DNA of 64,000 bases, from NCBI GenBank assembly GCA_038087875.1, contig JAXLNO010000478.1, positions 62,001 through 126,000 on the forward strand. Direction: 5' to 3'. This document shows, one piece after another, positions 15,001-26,000 of the stretch (position 1 is its first letter; the number at the start of each line of letters is the position of its first letter). Under the pieces are notes generated by a model. That model was not told the origin of the DNA. It did no database searches and saw only the letters and a list, made by a program, of their open reading frames with translations. The DNA is from Malacoraja senta. Lineage: Eukaryota. The position numbers and the translations under genes were made by a program.

Positions 15001-16490
15001 TCTCTCGTTTTTCTCGGTTTTTTTTTCATTTACCCTATATTTTCCCTGGGAAATATAGGGTAGTCTCGTTTTTTTTTTCTGTTTTTCGCATTTATTCGGG
15101 TTTTCGGGTTTTCGGGTTCGGGTTTTTCTCATTTTCCCTGGGAACAACGGGTAAAGACATGGAAAACGAGAAAACGTCGAACAAACCCGAAAAACAGAAA
15201 ATAAAACGAGAGAAAAAAGAGAGGAACAGGAAAAAAACAGGTAAATGAAATAAAAACGAGAAAACCAGAGAAAACCCCAAAACAACGAGCGAAAAAAGGG
15301 AACAACGGGAAAAGACAGGGAAATGAGAAAAACCCGAACAAACCCGAAAAAACCCGAAAACGCGAAAAGAAATGTGAAATAGGACAAGGGCAAAAACAGG
15401 GAAAACAAGAATAACCCGAACAAACAAGAAAACCCGAAAAAAGAGAAGAACGGGTTAAAACAGGGGTTGTTTCGGGTTTTCTGGTTTGTTATTCTAATTT
15501 TCCCTGTTTTTGCCGGCTTTCTCTTGTTTCACTCGTGTCTATTCGCGTTTTCAGATTTTTTGGGTTTTCGGCTTTTTACCATTTTCCCTGTCCTTACCCG
15601 TACCCCATTTCCGCTCGTTTCTTCGAGTTTTCTCTCGTTTTTCTCGTTTTTTTTTTCATTTGCCCTGTATTTGCCCGTTCCTCTTTTTTTTCTCGGTTTT
15701 TATCTTTTTCGCATTTAGTCGGGTTTCGGGTTTTCTGGTTCGGGTTTTTCTCATTTTCCCTGGGAACAATGGGTAACGTCATGGAAAACGGGAAAACGCC
15801 GCACAAACCCGAAAAACAGAAAAGAAAACGAGAGGAAAAGAGAGGAACAGGAAAGAACAGCGAAATGGAAAAGAAACGAGAAAACCCAGAGAAAACCCAA
15901 GAAACGAGGGGAAAAAAGGAACAACCGGGAAAAGACAGGGAAAATGAGAAAAACCCGAACAAACACGATAACCCGAAAACCCGAAAACGCGAAAGAAATG
16001 AGTGAAATAGCAGAAAACGGGCAAAAACAGGGTAAATAAGCAAAACTCGAACAAACCAGAAAACCCGAAAAAGAGAAGAACGGGTAAAACAGGGTTGTTT
16101 CGGGTTTTCTGGTTTGTTTTTCTAATTTTCCCTTTTGCCCGCATTCTCTTGTTTCACTCGTGTCTATTCGAGTTTTCGGGTTTTTTCCGATTTTCGGCTT
16201 TTTCTCATTTTCCTGTCTCTACCCGTTGTTCCCTATTTTCGCTCGTTTCTTCGTGTTTTCTCTCGTTTTTCTCGGGTTTTTTTTCAATTTCCCTGTATTT
16301 ACCCGTTCCTCTTTTGTCTCGGTTTTTTTCTGTTTTTCGCATTTATCGGGTTTTCGGGTTCGGGTTTTTCTCATTTTCCCTGGGAACAACGGGGAACGAC
16401 AGGTAAAATGAGAAAAAGGCGAACAAACAAGAAAACCCGAAAAAACGATTAAAAAAAAACAGAATACCCGAAAAAAAAAGGAAACCCGAA
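1..16490. repeat. Tandem satellite of ~640 bp palindromic (foldback) units, about 25 units; runs off the left edge of the window
   Basis: The landmark ACAGGGTTGTTTC(G/C)GG or a close variant recurs at ~91, 681, 1541, 2171, 2803, 3451, 4241, 5029, 5901, 6521, 7165, 7790, 8421, 9053, 9705, 10348, 10988, 11636, 12269, 12914, 13550, 14184, 14831, 15463 and 16091, mostly 620-650 bp apart. T/C-rich and A/G-rich arms alternate and are reverse complements of each other. Confidence 0.95.
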
Positions 16491-16816
16491 ATTTGTAATT
16501 TTAATGTTATCTGCTGTAGTTTTAGATGTTGATTAGTTTTGATTAATATCTTTTGGCCATAATTTTAAACTTTTGTAATTGTATTTTCATTTTCGCGGTT
16601 TTTCAGCTGACGTTAGCACCAAATTCACAATGTTCAAGTTTTCCAATTTGAAAATCTTTTTCTAATTTCTTTTCAAATTTTAATTATCTAATTTCTAAAT
16701 TATCTAAATTTAATTATCTAAATTTCAATGTTAACTTATTGTGTTGATCTGTGGTTGGCTCTGGCATTATCTAGGTCTGATTGTCTCAATTTGTGTTCTG
16801 TGTTTATTCGTTTTAT

Positions 16817-17079
16817 TTCTCTCTCTCTCCCCTTCTCCCTCTCTCTCTCCCTCTCTCTCTCTCCCCCCTCTCCCGCTCTCTCTCCCTCTCCTTCTCTCTC
16901 TCCCCCTCTCTCTCTCTCCCCCCCTCTCTCTCTCTTTCTCCCCTGCGCTCTCCCCAGCTTCTCCCTCCCCCTCTCCCCCACTCCCTCTCCCCTCTCTTTC
17001 TCTCTCCCGCTCTCTCTCTCCCCCTCTCCTCCCCTCTCTCTCATCACTCTCGCTCACCCCCTCACTCTCTCCCCCCCCC
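16817..17079. repeat. Polypyrimidine (CT/C-rich) low-complexity tract
   Basis: About 260 bp of almost pure C/T, with (CT)n and C runs, directly abutting the GAGT minisatellite. Confidence 0.95.
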
Positions 17080-20000
17080 GTGAGTGAGTGAGTGTGGCTA
17101 GAGAGTGAGTGAATGAGTGAGTGTGGCCCGTGAGTGAGTGAGTGTGGCCCGTGAGTGTGTGAGTGTGGCCGGTGAGTGTGAGTGAGTGAGTGTCGCAGGT
17201 GAGTGTGAGTGAGTGAGTGGCCGGTGAGTGAGTGTGGCCAGTGAGTGAGTGAGTGTCGCTGGTGAGTGAGTGTGGCCGGTGAGTGAGTGAGTGTGGATGG
17301 TGAGTGAGTGAGTGTTTGGCCAGTGAATGAGTGTGGCCGGTGAGTGAGTGAGTGTGGCCGATGAGTGAGTGAGTGTGGCAGGTGAGTGAGTGTGGCCAGT
17401 GAGTGAGTGTGGCCAGTGCGTGAGTGTGGCCAGTGCGTGAGTGAGTGTGGCCGGTGAGTGAGTGTGGCCGGTGAGTGAGTGTGGCTGGTGAGTGAATGAG
17501 TGAGTGTGGCCGGTGAGTGAGTGTAGCCGGTGAGTGTGTGGCTGGTGAGTGAATGAGTGAGTGTGGCCGGTGTGTGTGTGTGGCCGGTGAGTGAGTGAGT
17601 GAGTGTGGCCCATGAGTGAGTGTGTGGCCGGTGAGTGAGTGAGTGTGGCCGGTGTGTGTGAGTGAGTGTGGCCTGTGAGTGAGTGTGGCCGGTGAGTGAG
17701 TGAGTGTGTGTGTGTGGCCGGTGAGTGAGTGAGTGTGGCCTGTGAGTGAGTGAGTGTGTCCTGTGATTGAGTGTGTGAGTGTGGTTGGTGAGTGAGTGAG
17801 TGGCCGGTGAGTGAGTGAGTGAGTGTGGCCCATGACTGAGTGAGTGTGGCCCGTGAGTGAGTGAGTGAGTGTGGCCCGTGAGTGAGTGAGTGAGTGTGGC
17901 CCGTGAGTGAGTGAGTGTGGCCCGTGAGTGAGTGAGTGTGGCCCGTGAGTGAGTGAGTGTGGCCGGTGAGTGAGTGTGGCCCCCGAGTGAATGAGTGTGT
18001 GGCCAGTGAGTGAGTGTGGCTAGAGAGTGAGTGAATGAGTGAGTGTGGCCCGTGAGTGAGTGAGTGTGGCCCGTGAGTGTGTGAGTGAGTGTGGCCGGTG
18101 AGTGTGAGTGAGTGAGTGTGGCAGGTGAGTGTGAGTGAGTGAGTGTGGCAGGTGAGTGTGAGTGTGAGTGATTCAGTGTGGCCCGTGAATGAGTGAGTGA
18201 GTGTGGCCCGTGAGTGAGTGAGTGAGTGAGTGAGTGTGGCCCGTGAGTGAGTGAGTGAGTGTGGCCATTGAGTGAGTGAGTGTGGCCGGTGAGTGAGTGA
18301 GTGAGTGTGGCCGGTGAGTGAGTGAGTGTGGCCCGTGTGTGAGTGAGTGTGGCCCGTGAGTGAGTGCGAGTGTGGCCAGTGAGTGAGTTAGTGAGTGTAG
18401 CCGGTGTGTGAGTGAGTGTGGCCCGTGAGTGAGTGTGGCCCGTGAGTGAGTGTGAGTGTGGCCAGTGAGTGAGTGAGTGAGTGTGGCCGGTGAGTGAGTG
18501 AGTGAGTGTGGCCGGTGAGTGAGTGTGGCCGGTGAGTGAGTGAGTGAGTGTGGCCGGTGAGTGAGTGTGGCCAGTGAGTGAGTGAGTGAGTGAGTGTGGC
18601 CAGTGAGTGAGTGAGTGGCTGGTGAGTGAGTGAGTGTGGCAGGTGAGTGAGTGTGGCCGGTGAGTGAGTGAGTGTGGCCGGTGAGTGAGTGTGGCCGGTG
18701 AGTGAGTGCGGCCGTTGAGTGAGTGAGTGAGTGTGGCCGGTGAGTGAGTGAGTGAGTGTGGCCAGTGAATGAGTGTGGCCGGTGAGTGAGTGATTGTGGC
18801 CGGTGAGTGAGTGTGGCCGGTGAGTGAGTGAGTGTGGCCGGTGAGTGAGTGCGGCCGTTGAGTGAGTGAGTGAGTGAGTGTGGCCGGTGAGTGAGTGAGT
18901 GAGTGAGTGTGGCCGGTGAATGAGTGTGGCCGGTGAGTGAGTGATTGTGGCCGGTGAGTGAGTGTGGCCAGTGAGTGAGTGTGGCCGGTGAGTGAGTGTG
19001 GCCGGTGAGTGAGTGAGTGAGTGTGGCCGGTGAGTGAGTGTGGCCGGTGAGTGAGTGAGTGAGTGTGGCCGGTGAGTGAGTGAGTGAGTGTGGCCAGTGA
19101 ATGAGTGAGTGTGGCCAGTGAATGAGTGAGTATGGCCGGTGAGTGAGTGAGTGAGTGCGGCTGGTGAGTGAGTGTGGCCAGTGAGTGAGTGAGTGTGGCC
19201 GGTGAGTGAGTGAGTGTGGCCTGTGAGAGAGTGAGTGTGTCCTGTGATTGAGTGAGTGTGGTCGGTGAGTGAGTGAGTGTGGCCGGTGAGTGAGTGTGGC
19301 CCGTGAGTGAGTGAGTGTGGCCCGTGAGTGAGTGAGTGTGGCCCGTGAGTGAGTGAGTGTGGCCCGTGAGTGAGTGAGTGTGGCCGGTGAGTGGAGTGTG
19401 GCCCCTGAGTGAATGAGTGTGTGGCCAGTGAGTGAGTGAGTGTGGCTAGAGAGTGAGTGAATGAGTGAGTGTGGCCCGTGAGTGAGTGTGGCCCGTGAGT
19501 GTGTGAGTGAGTGTGGCCGGTGAGTGTGAGTGAGTGAGTGTGGCAGGTGAGTGTGAGTGAGTGAGTGTGGCAGGTGAGTGTGAGTGTGAGTGATTCAGTG
19601 TGGCCCGTGAATGAGTGAGTGAGTGTGGCCCGTGAGTGAGTGAGTGAGTGAGTGAGTGTGGCCCGTGAGTGAGTGAGTGAGTGTGGCCATTGAGTGAGTG
19701 AGTGTGGCCGGTGAGTGAGTGAGTGAGTGTGGCCGGTGAGTGAGTGAGTGAGTGTGGCCCGTGTGTGAGTGAGTGTGAGTGAGTGTGGCCCGTGAGTGAG
19801 TGTGAGTGTGGCCAGTGAGTGAGTTAGTGAGTGTAGCCGGTGTGTGAGTGAGTGTAGCCCGTGAGTGAGTGTGGCCCGTGAGTGAGTGTGAGTGTGGCCA
19901 GTGAGTGAGTGAGTGAGTGTGGCCGGTGAGTGAGTGAGTGAGTGTGTCCTGTGATTGAGTGAGTGTGGTCGGTGAGTGAGTGAGTGTGGCCGGTGAGTGA

Positions 20001-23000
20001 GTGTGGCCGGTGAGTGAGTGAGTGAGTGAGTGTGGCCGGTGAGTGAGTGTGGCCAGTGAGTGAGTGAGTGAGTGAGTGTGGCCAGTGAGTGAGTGAGTGG
20101 CCGGTGAGTGAGTGAGTGTGGCCGGTGAGTGAGTGTGGCCGGTGAGTGAGTGAGTGAGTGAGTGTGGCCGGTGAGTGAGTGTGGCCAGTGAGTGAGTGAG
20201 TGAGTGAGTGAGTGTGGCCAGTGAGTGAGTGAGTGGCCGGTGAGTGAGTGAGTGTGGCCGGTGAGTGAGTGTGGCCGGTGAGTGAGTGAGTGTGGCCGGT
20301 GAGTGAGTGTGGCCGGTGAGTGAGTGAGTGTGGCCGGTGAGTGAGTGCGGCCGTTGAGTGAGTGAGTGAGTGTGGCCGGTGAGTGAGTGAGTGAGTGTGG
20401 CCGGTGAGTGAGTGTGGCCCGTGCGTGAGTGTGGCCCGTGAGTGAGTGTGGCCCGTGAGTGAGTGTGAGTGTGGCCAGTGAGTGAGTGAGTGTGGCCGGT
20501 GTGTGAGTGAGTGTGGCCGGTGTGTGAGTGAGTGAGTGAATGTGGCCGGTGGTTGAGTGAGTGTGGCCGGTGAGTGAGTGAGTGAGTGTGGCCGGTGAGT
20601 GAGTGTGGCCGGTGAGTGAGTGAGTGAGTGTGGCCCGTGAGTGAGTGTGGCCAGTGAGTGAGTCAGTGTGGCCAGTGAGTGAGTGAGTGGCCGGTGAGTG
20701 AGTGCGGCCGTTGAGTGAGTGAGTGAGTGTGGCCGGTGAGTGAGTGAGTGAGTGAGTGTGGCCGGTGAATGAGTGTGGCCGGTGAGTGAGTGAGTGTGGC
20801 TGGTGAGTGAGTGAGTGTGGCCAGTGAGTGAGTGTGGCCAGTGAGTTGAGTGAGTGTGGCCGGTGAGTGAGTGTGGCCGGTGAGTGAGTGAGTGAGTGTG
20901 GCCGGTGAGTGAGTGTGGCCCGTGAGTGAGTTAGTGTGGCCCGTGAGTGAGTGAGTGAGTGAGTGTGGCCGGTGAGTGTGAGTGAGTGTGGCAGGTGAGT
21001 GTGAGTGTGGCCGGTGAGTGTGAGTGAGTGAGTGTGGCAGGTGAGTGTGAGTGTGAGTGATTCAGTGTGGCCCGTGAATGAGTGAGTGTGGCCCGTGAGT
21101 GAGTGAGTGAGTGAGTGAGGCCCGTGAGTGAGTGAGTGAGTGTGGCCATTGAGTGAGTGAGTGTGGCCGGTGAGTGAGTGAGTGTGGCCGGTGAGTGAGT
21201 GAGTGAGTGTGGCCCGTGTGTGAGTGAGTGTGAGTGTGTGGCCCGTGAGTGAGTGTGAGTGTGGCCAGTGAGTGAGTGAGTGAGTGTAGCCGGTGTATGT
21301 GAGTGTGGCCCGTGAGTGAGTGTGGCCCGTGAGTGAGTGTGAGTGTGGCCAGTGAGTGAGTGAGTGTGGCCGGTGAGTGAGTGAGTGAGTGTGGCCGGTG
21401 AGTGAGTGTGGCCGGTGAGTGAGTGAGTGAGTGTGGCCGGTGAGTGAGTGAGTGAGTGTGGCCGGTGAGTGAGTGTGGCCAGTGAGTGAGTGAGTGAGTG
21501 TGGCCAGTGAGTGAGTGAGTGGCCGGTGAGTGAGTGAGTGTGGCCGGTGAGTGAGTGAGTGTGGCCGGTGAGTGAGTGAGTGTGGCCGGTGAGTGAGTGT
21601 GGCCGGTGAGTGAGTGAATGTGGCCGGTGAGTGAGTGCGGCCGTTGAGTGAGTGAGTGTGGCCGGTGAGTGAGTGTGGCCGGTGAGTGAGTGTGGCCGGT
21701 GAGTGATTGAGTGAGTGAGTGTGGCCGGTGAGTGACTGTGGCCAGTGAGTGAGTGAGTCAGTGTGGCCAGTGAGTGAGTGGCTGGTGAGTGAGTGTGGCC
21801 GGTGAGTGAGTGTGGCCGGTGAGTGGGTGAGTGAGTGTGGCCAGTGAGTGAGTGTGGCCGGTGAGTGAGTGAGTGCGGCCAGTGAGTGAGTGAGTGAGTG
21901 TGGCCAGTGAGTGAGTGAGTGGCCGGTGAGTGAGTGCGTGTGGCCGGTGAGTGAGTGAGTGTGGCCAGTGAGCGAGTGTGGCCGGTGAGTGAGTGTGGCC
22001 GGTGAGTGAGTGAGTGTGGCCGGTGAGTGAGTGCGGCCGGTGAGTGAGTGAGTGTGGCCGGTGAGTGAGTGAGTGAGTGTGGCCGGTTAATGAGTGTGGC
22101 CGGTGAGTGAGTGAGTGTGGCCGGTGAGTGAGTGAGTGTGGCCGGTGAGTGAGTGGAGTGTGGCTGGTGAGTGAGTGAGTGATTGAGTGAGTGTGGCCGG
22201 TGAGTGAGTGATTGAGTGAGTGTGGCCAGTGAGTGAGTGTGGCTGGTGAGTGAATGAGTGAGTGAGTGTGGCCGGTGAGTAAGTGAGTGAGTGAGTGTGG
22301 CCGGTGAATGAGTGTGGCCGGTGAGTGAGTGAGTGTGGCCGGTGAATGAGTGAGTGTGGCCGGTGAGTGAGTGTGGCCAGTGAGTGAGTGTGGCCGGTGA
22401 GTTGAGTGAGTGTGGCCGGTGAGTGAGTGTGGCCGGTGAGTGAGTGAGTGAGTGTGGCCGGTGAGTGAGTGTGGCCCGTGAGTGAGTTAGTGTGGCCCGT
22501 GAGTGAGTGAGTGAGTGAGTGTGGCCGGTGAGTGTGAGTGAGTGAGTGTGGCAGGTGAGTGTGAGTGTGGCCGGTGAGTGTGAGTGAGTGAGTGTGGCAG
22601 GTGAGTGTGAGTGATTCAGTGTGGCCCGTGAATGAGTGAGTGTGGCCCGTGAGTGAGTGAGTGAGTGAGTGAGGCCCGTGAGTGAGTGAGTGAGTGTGGC
22701 CATTGAGTGAGTGAGTGTGGCCGGTGAGTGAGTGAGTGTGGCCGGTGAGTGAGTGAGTGAGTGTGGCCCGTGTGTGAGTGAGTGTGAGTGAGTGTGGCCC
22801 GTGAGTGAGTGTGAGTGTGGCCAGTGAGTGAGTGAGTGAGTGTAGCCGGTGTATGTGAGTGTGGCCCGTGAGTGAGTGTGGCCCGTGAGTGAGTGTGGCC
22901 CGTGAGTGAGTGTGAGTGTGGCCAGTGAGTGAGTGAGTGTGGCCGGTGAGTGAGTGAGTGAGTGTGGCCGGTGAGTGAGTGTGGCCGGTGAGTGGAGTGA

Positions 23001-26000
23001 GTGAGTGTGGCCGGTGAGTGAGTGAGTGAGTGTGGCCGGTGAGTGAGTGTGGCCAGTGAGTGAGTGAGTGAGTGTGGCCAGTGAGTGAGTGAGTGGCCGG
23101 TGAGTGAGTGAGTGTGGCCGGTGAGTGAGTGAGTGTGGCCGGTGAGTGAGTGAGTGTGGCCGGTGAGTGAGTGTGGCCGGTGAGTGAGTGCGGCCGTTGA
23201 GTGAGTGAGTGTGGCCGGTGAGTGAGTGTGGCCGGTGAGTGAGTGTGGCCGGTGAGTGAGTGTGGCCGGTGAGTGAGTGAGTGAGTGTGGCCGGTGAGTG
23301 ACTGTGGCCAGTGAGTGAGTGAGTGAGTCAGTGTGGCCAGTGAGTGAGTGGCCGGTGAGTGAGTGTGGCCGGTGAGTGAGTGTGGCCGGTGAGTGGGTGA
23401 GTGAGTGTGGCCAGTGAGTGAGTGTGGCCGGTGAGTGAGTGAGTGCGGCCAGTGAGTGAGTGAGTGAGTGAGTGTGGCCAGTGAGTGAGTGAGTGGCCGG
23501 TGAGTGAGTGCGTGTGGCCGGTGAGTGAGTGAGTGTGGCCGGTGAGCGAGTGTGGCCGGTGAGTGAGTGTGGCCGGTGAGTGAGTGAGTGTGGCCGGTGA
23601 GTGAGTGCGGCCGGTGAGTGAGTGAGTGTGGCCGGTGAGTGAGTGAGTGAGTGTGGCCGGTTAATGAGTGTGGCCGGTGAGTGAGTGAGTGTGGCCGGTG
23701 AGTGAGTGAGTGTGGCCGGTGAGTGAGTGAGTGTGGCTGGTGAGTGAGTGAGTGATTGAGTGAGTGTGGCCGGTGAGTGTGTGATTGAGTGAGTGTGGCC
23801 AGTGAGTGAGTGTGGCTGGTGAGTGAATGAGTGAGTGAGTGTGGCCGGTGAGTAAGTGAGTGAGTGAGTGTGGCCGGTGAATGAGTGTGGCCGGTGAGTG
23901 AGTGAGTGTGGCCGGTGAATGAGTGAGTGTGGCCGGTGAGTGAGTGTGGCCAGTGAGTGAGTGTGGCCGGTGAGTGAGTGTGGCCGGTGAGTGAGTGAGT
24001 GTGGCCGATGAGTGAGTGTGGCCCGTGAGTGTGGCCCGTGAGTGAGTGAGTGGCCGGTGAGTGAGTGAGTGTGGCGTGTGAGTGATTGAGTGAGTGTGGC
24101 CGGTGAGTGAGTGAGTGATTGAGTGAGTGTGGCCGGTGAGTGAGTGTGGCTGGTGAATGAATGAGTGAGTGAGTGTGGCCGGTGAGTGAGTGAGTGAGTG
24201 AGTGTGGCCAGTGAGTGAGTGAGTGGCCAGTGAGTGAGTGAGTGTTAGCGGTGAGTGAGTAAGTGTGGCCGGTGAGTGAGTGAGTGTGGCCGGTGAGTGA
24301 GTGTGGCCGGTGAGTGAGTGTGGCAGGTGAGTGAGTGTGGCCGGTGAGTGAGTGTGGCCAGTGCGTGAGTGAGTGTGGCCGGTGAGTGAGTGTGGCCGGT
24401 GAGTGAGTGTGGCTGGTGAGTGAATGAGTGAGTGTGGCCGGTGAGTGAGTGAGTGAGGCTGGTGAGTGATTGAGTGTGGCCGGTGTGTGTGTGGCCGGTG
24501 AGTGAGTGAGTGTGGCCCGTGAGTGAGTGTGTGGCCGGTGAGTGAGTGAGTGTGGCCGGTGTGTGTGAGTGATTGTGGCCTGTGAGTGAGTGAGTGTGGC
24601 CGGCGAATGAGTGAGTGTGGCCAGTGAGTGAGTGACTGAGTGAGTGTGGCCAGTGAATGAGTGAGTGTGGCCGGTGAATGAGTGAGTGTGGCCGGTGAGT
24701 GAGTGAGTGAGTGCGGCTGGTGAGTGAGTGTGGCCAGTGAGTGAGTGAGTGTGGCCGGTGAGTGAGTGAGGCCTGTGAGAGAGTGAGTGTGTCCTGTAAT
24801 CAGTGAGTGTGGTCGGTGAGTGAGTGTGGTCGGTGAGTGAGTGAGTGGCCGGTGAGTGAGTGAGTGTGGCCGGTGAATGAGTGATTGAGTGAGTGTGGCC
24901 GGTGAGTGAGTGTGGCTGGTGAGTGAATGAGTGAGTGAGTGTGGCCCGTGAGTGAGTGAGTGGCCGGTGAGTGAGTGAGTGTGGCCGGTGAATGAGTGTG
25001 GCCGGTGAGCGAGTGAGTGTGGCCGGTGAGTGAGTGAGTGTGGCCGGTGAGTGAGTGAGTGATTGAGTGAGTGTGGCCGGTGAGTGAGTGATTGAGTGAG
25101 TGTGGCCGGTGAGTGAGTGTGGCTGGTGAGTGAATGAGTGAGTGAGTGTGGCCCGTGAGTGAGTGAGTGAGTGAGTGTGGCCCGTGAGTGAGTGTGGCCC
25201 GTGAGTGAGTGAGTGTGGCCCGTGAGTGAGTGAGTGAGTGTGGCCGTTGAGTGAGTGTGTGTGGCCGGTGAGTGAGTGAGTGAGTGTGGCCGGTGAGTGA
25301 GTGAGTGTGGCCCGTGTGTGAGTGTGAGTGAGTGTGGCCCGTGAGTGAGTGAGTGAGTGTGGCCTGTGAGTGAGTGTGAGTGTGGCCAGTGAGTGAGTGA
25401 GTGAGTGTGGCCGGTGTGTGAGTGAGTGAGTGAATGTGGCCGGTGGTTGTGTGAGTGTGGCCGGTGAGTGAGTGAGTGAGTGAGTGAGTGAGTGTGGTCG
25501 GTGAGTGAGTGTGGCCGGTGAGTGAGTGAGTGAGTGTGGCCAGTGAGTGAGTGTGGCTGGTGAGTGAATGAGTGAGTGAGTGTGGCCCGTGAGTGAGTGA
25601 GTGAGTGTGGCCCGTGAGTGAGTGTGGCCCGTGAGTGAGTGAGTGTGGCCCGTGAGTGAGTGAGTAAGTGTGGCCGTTGAGTGAGTGTGTGTGGCCGGTG
25701 AGTGAGTGAGTGAGTGTGGCCGGTGAGTGAGTGAGTGTGGCCCGTGTGTGAGTGTGAGTGAGTGTGGCCCGTGAGTGAGTGAGTGAGTGTGGCCCGTGAG
25801 TGAGTGTGAGTGTGGCCAGTGAGTGAGTGAGTGTGGCCGGTGTGTGAGTGAGTGAGTGAATGTGGCCGGTGGTTGTGTGAGTGTGGCCGGTGAGTGAGTG
25901 AGTGAGTGAGTGAGTGAGTGTGGCTGGTGAGTGTGTGTGGCCGGTGAGTGAGTGAGTGAGTGTGGCCGGTGAGTGAGTGTGGCCAGTGAGTGAGTGAGTC

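Noticed and set aside
1..16490. Dozens of Phe/Ser-rich and Lys/Arg/Glu-rich ORFs on both strands
   Set aside because: They are translations of T-rich and A-rich satellite arms; frames shift with homopolymer length and show no domain motifs.
16728..17091. Ser/Leu/Pro-rich and Glu/Arg/Gly-rich ORFs
   Set aside because: Translations of the CT-rich tract.
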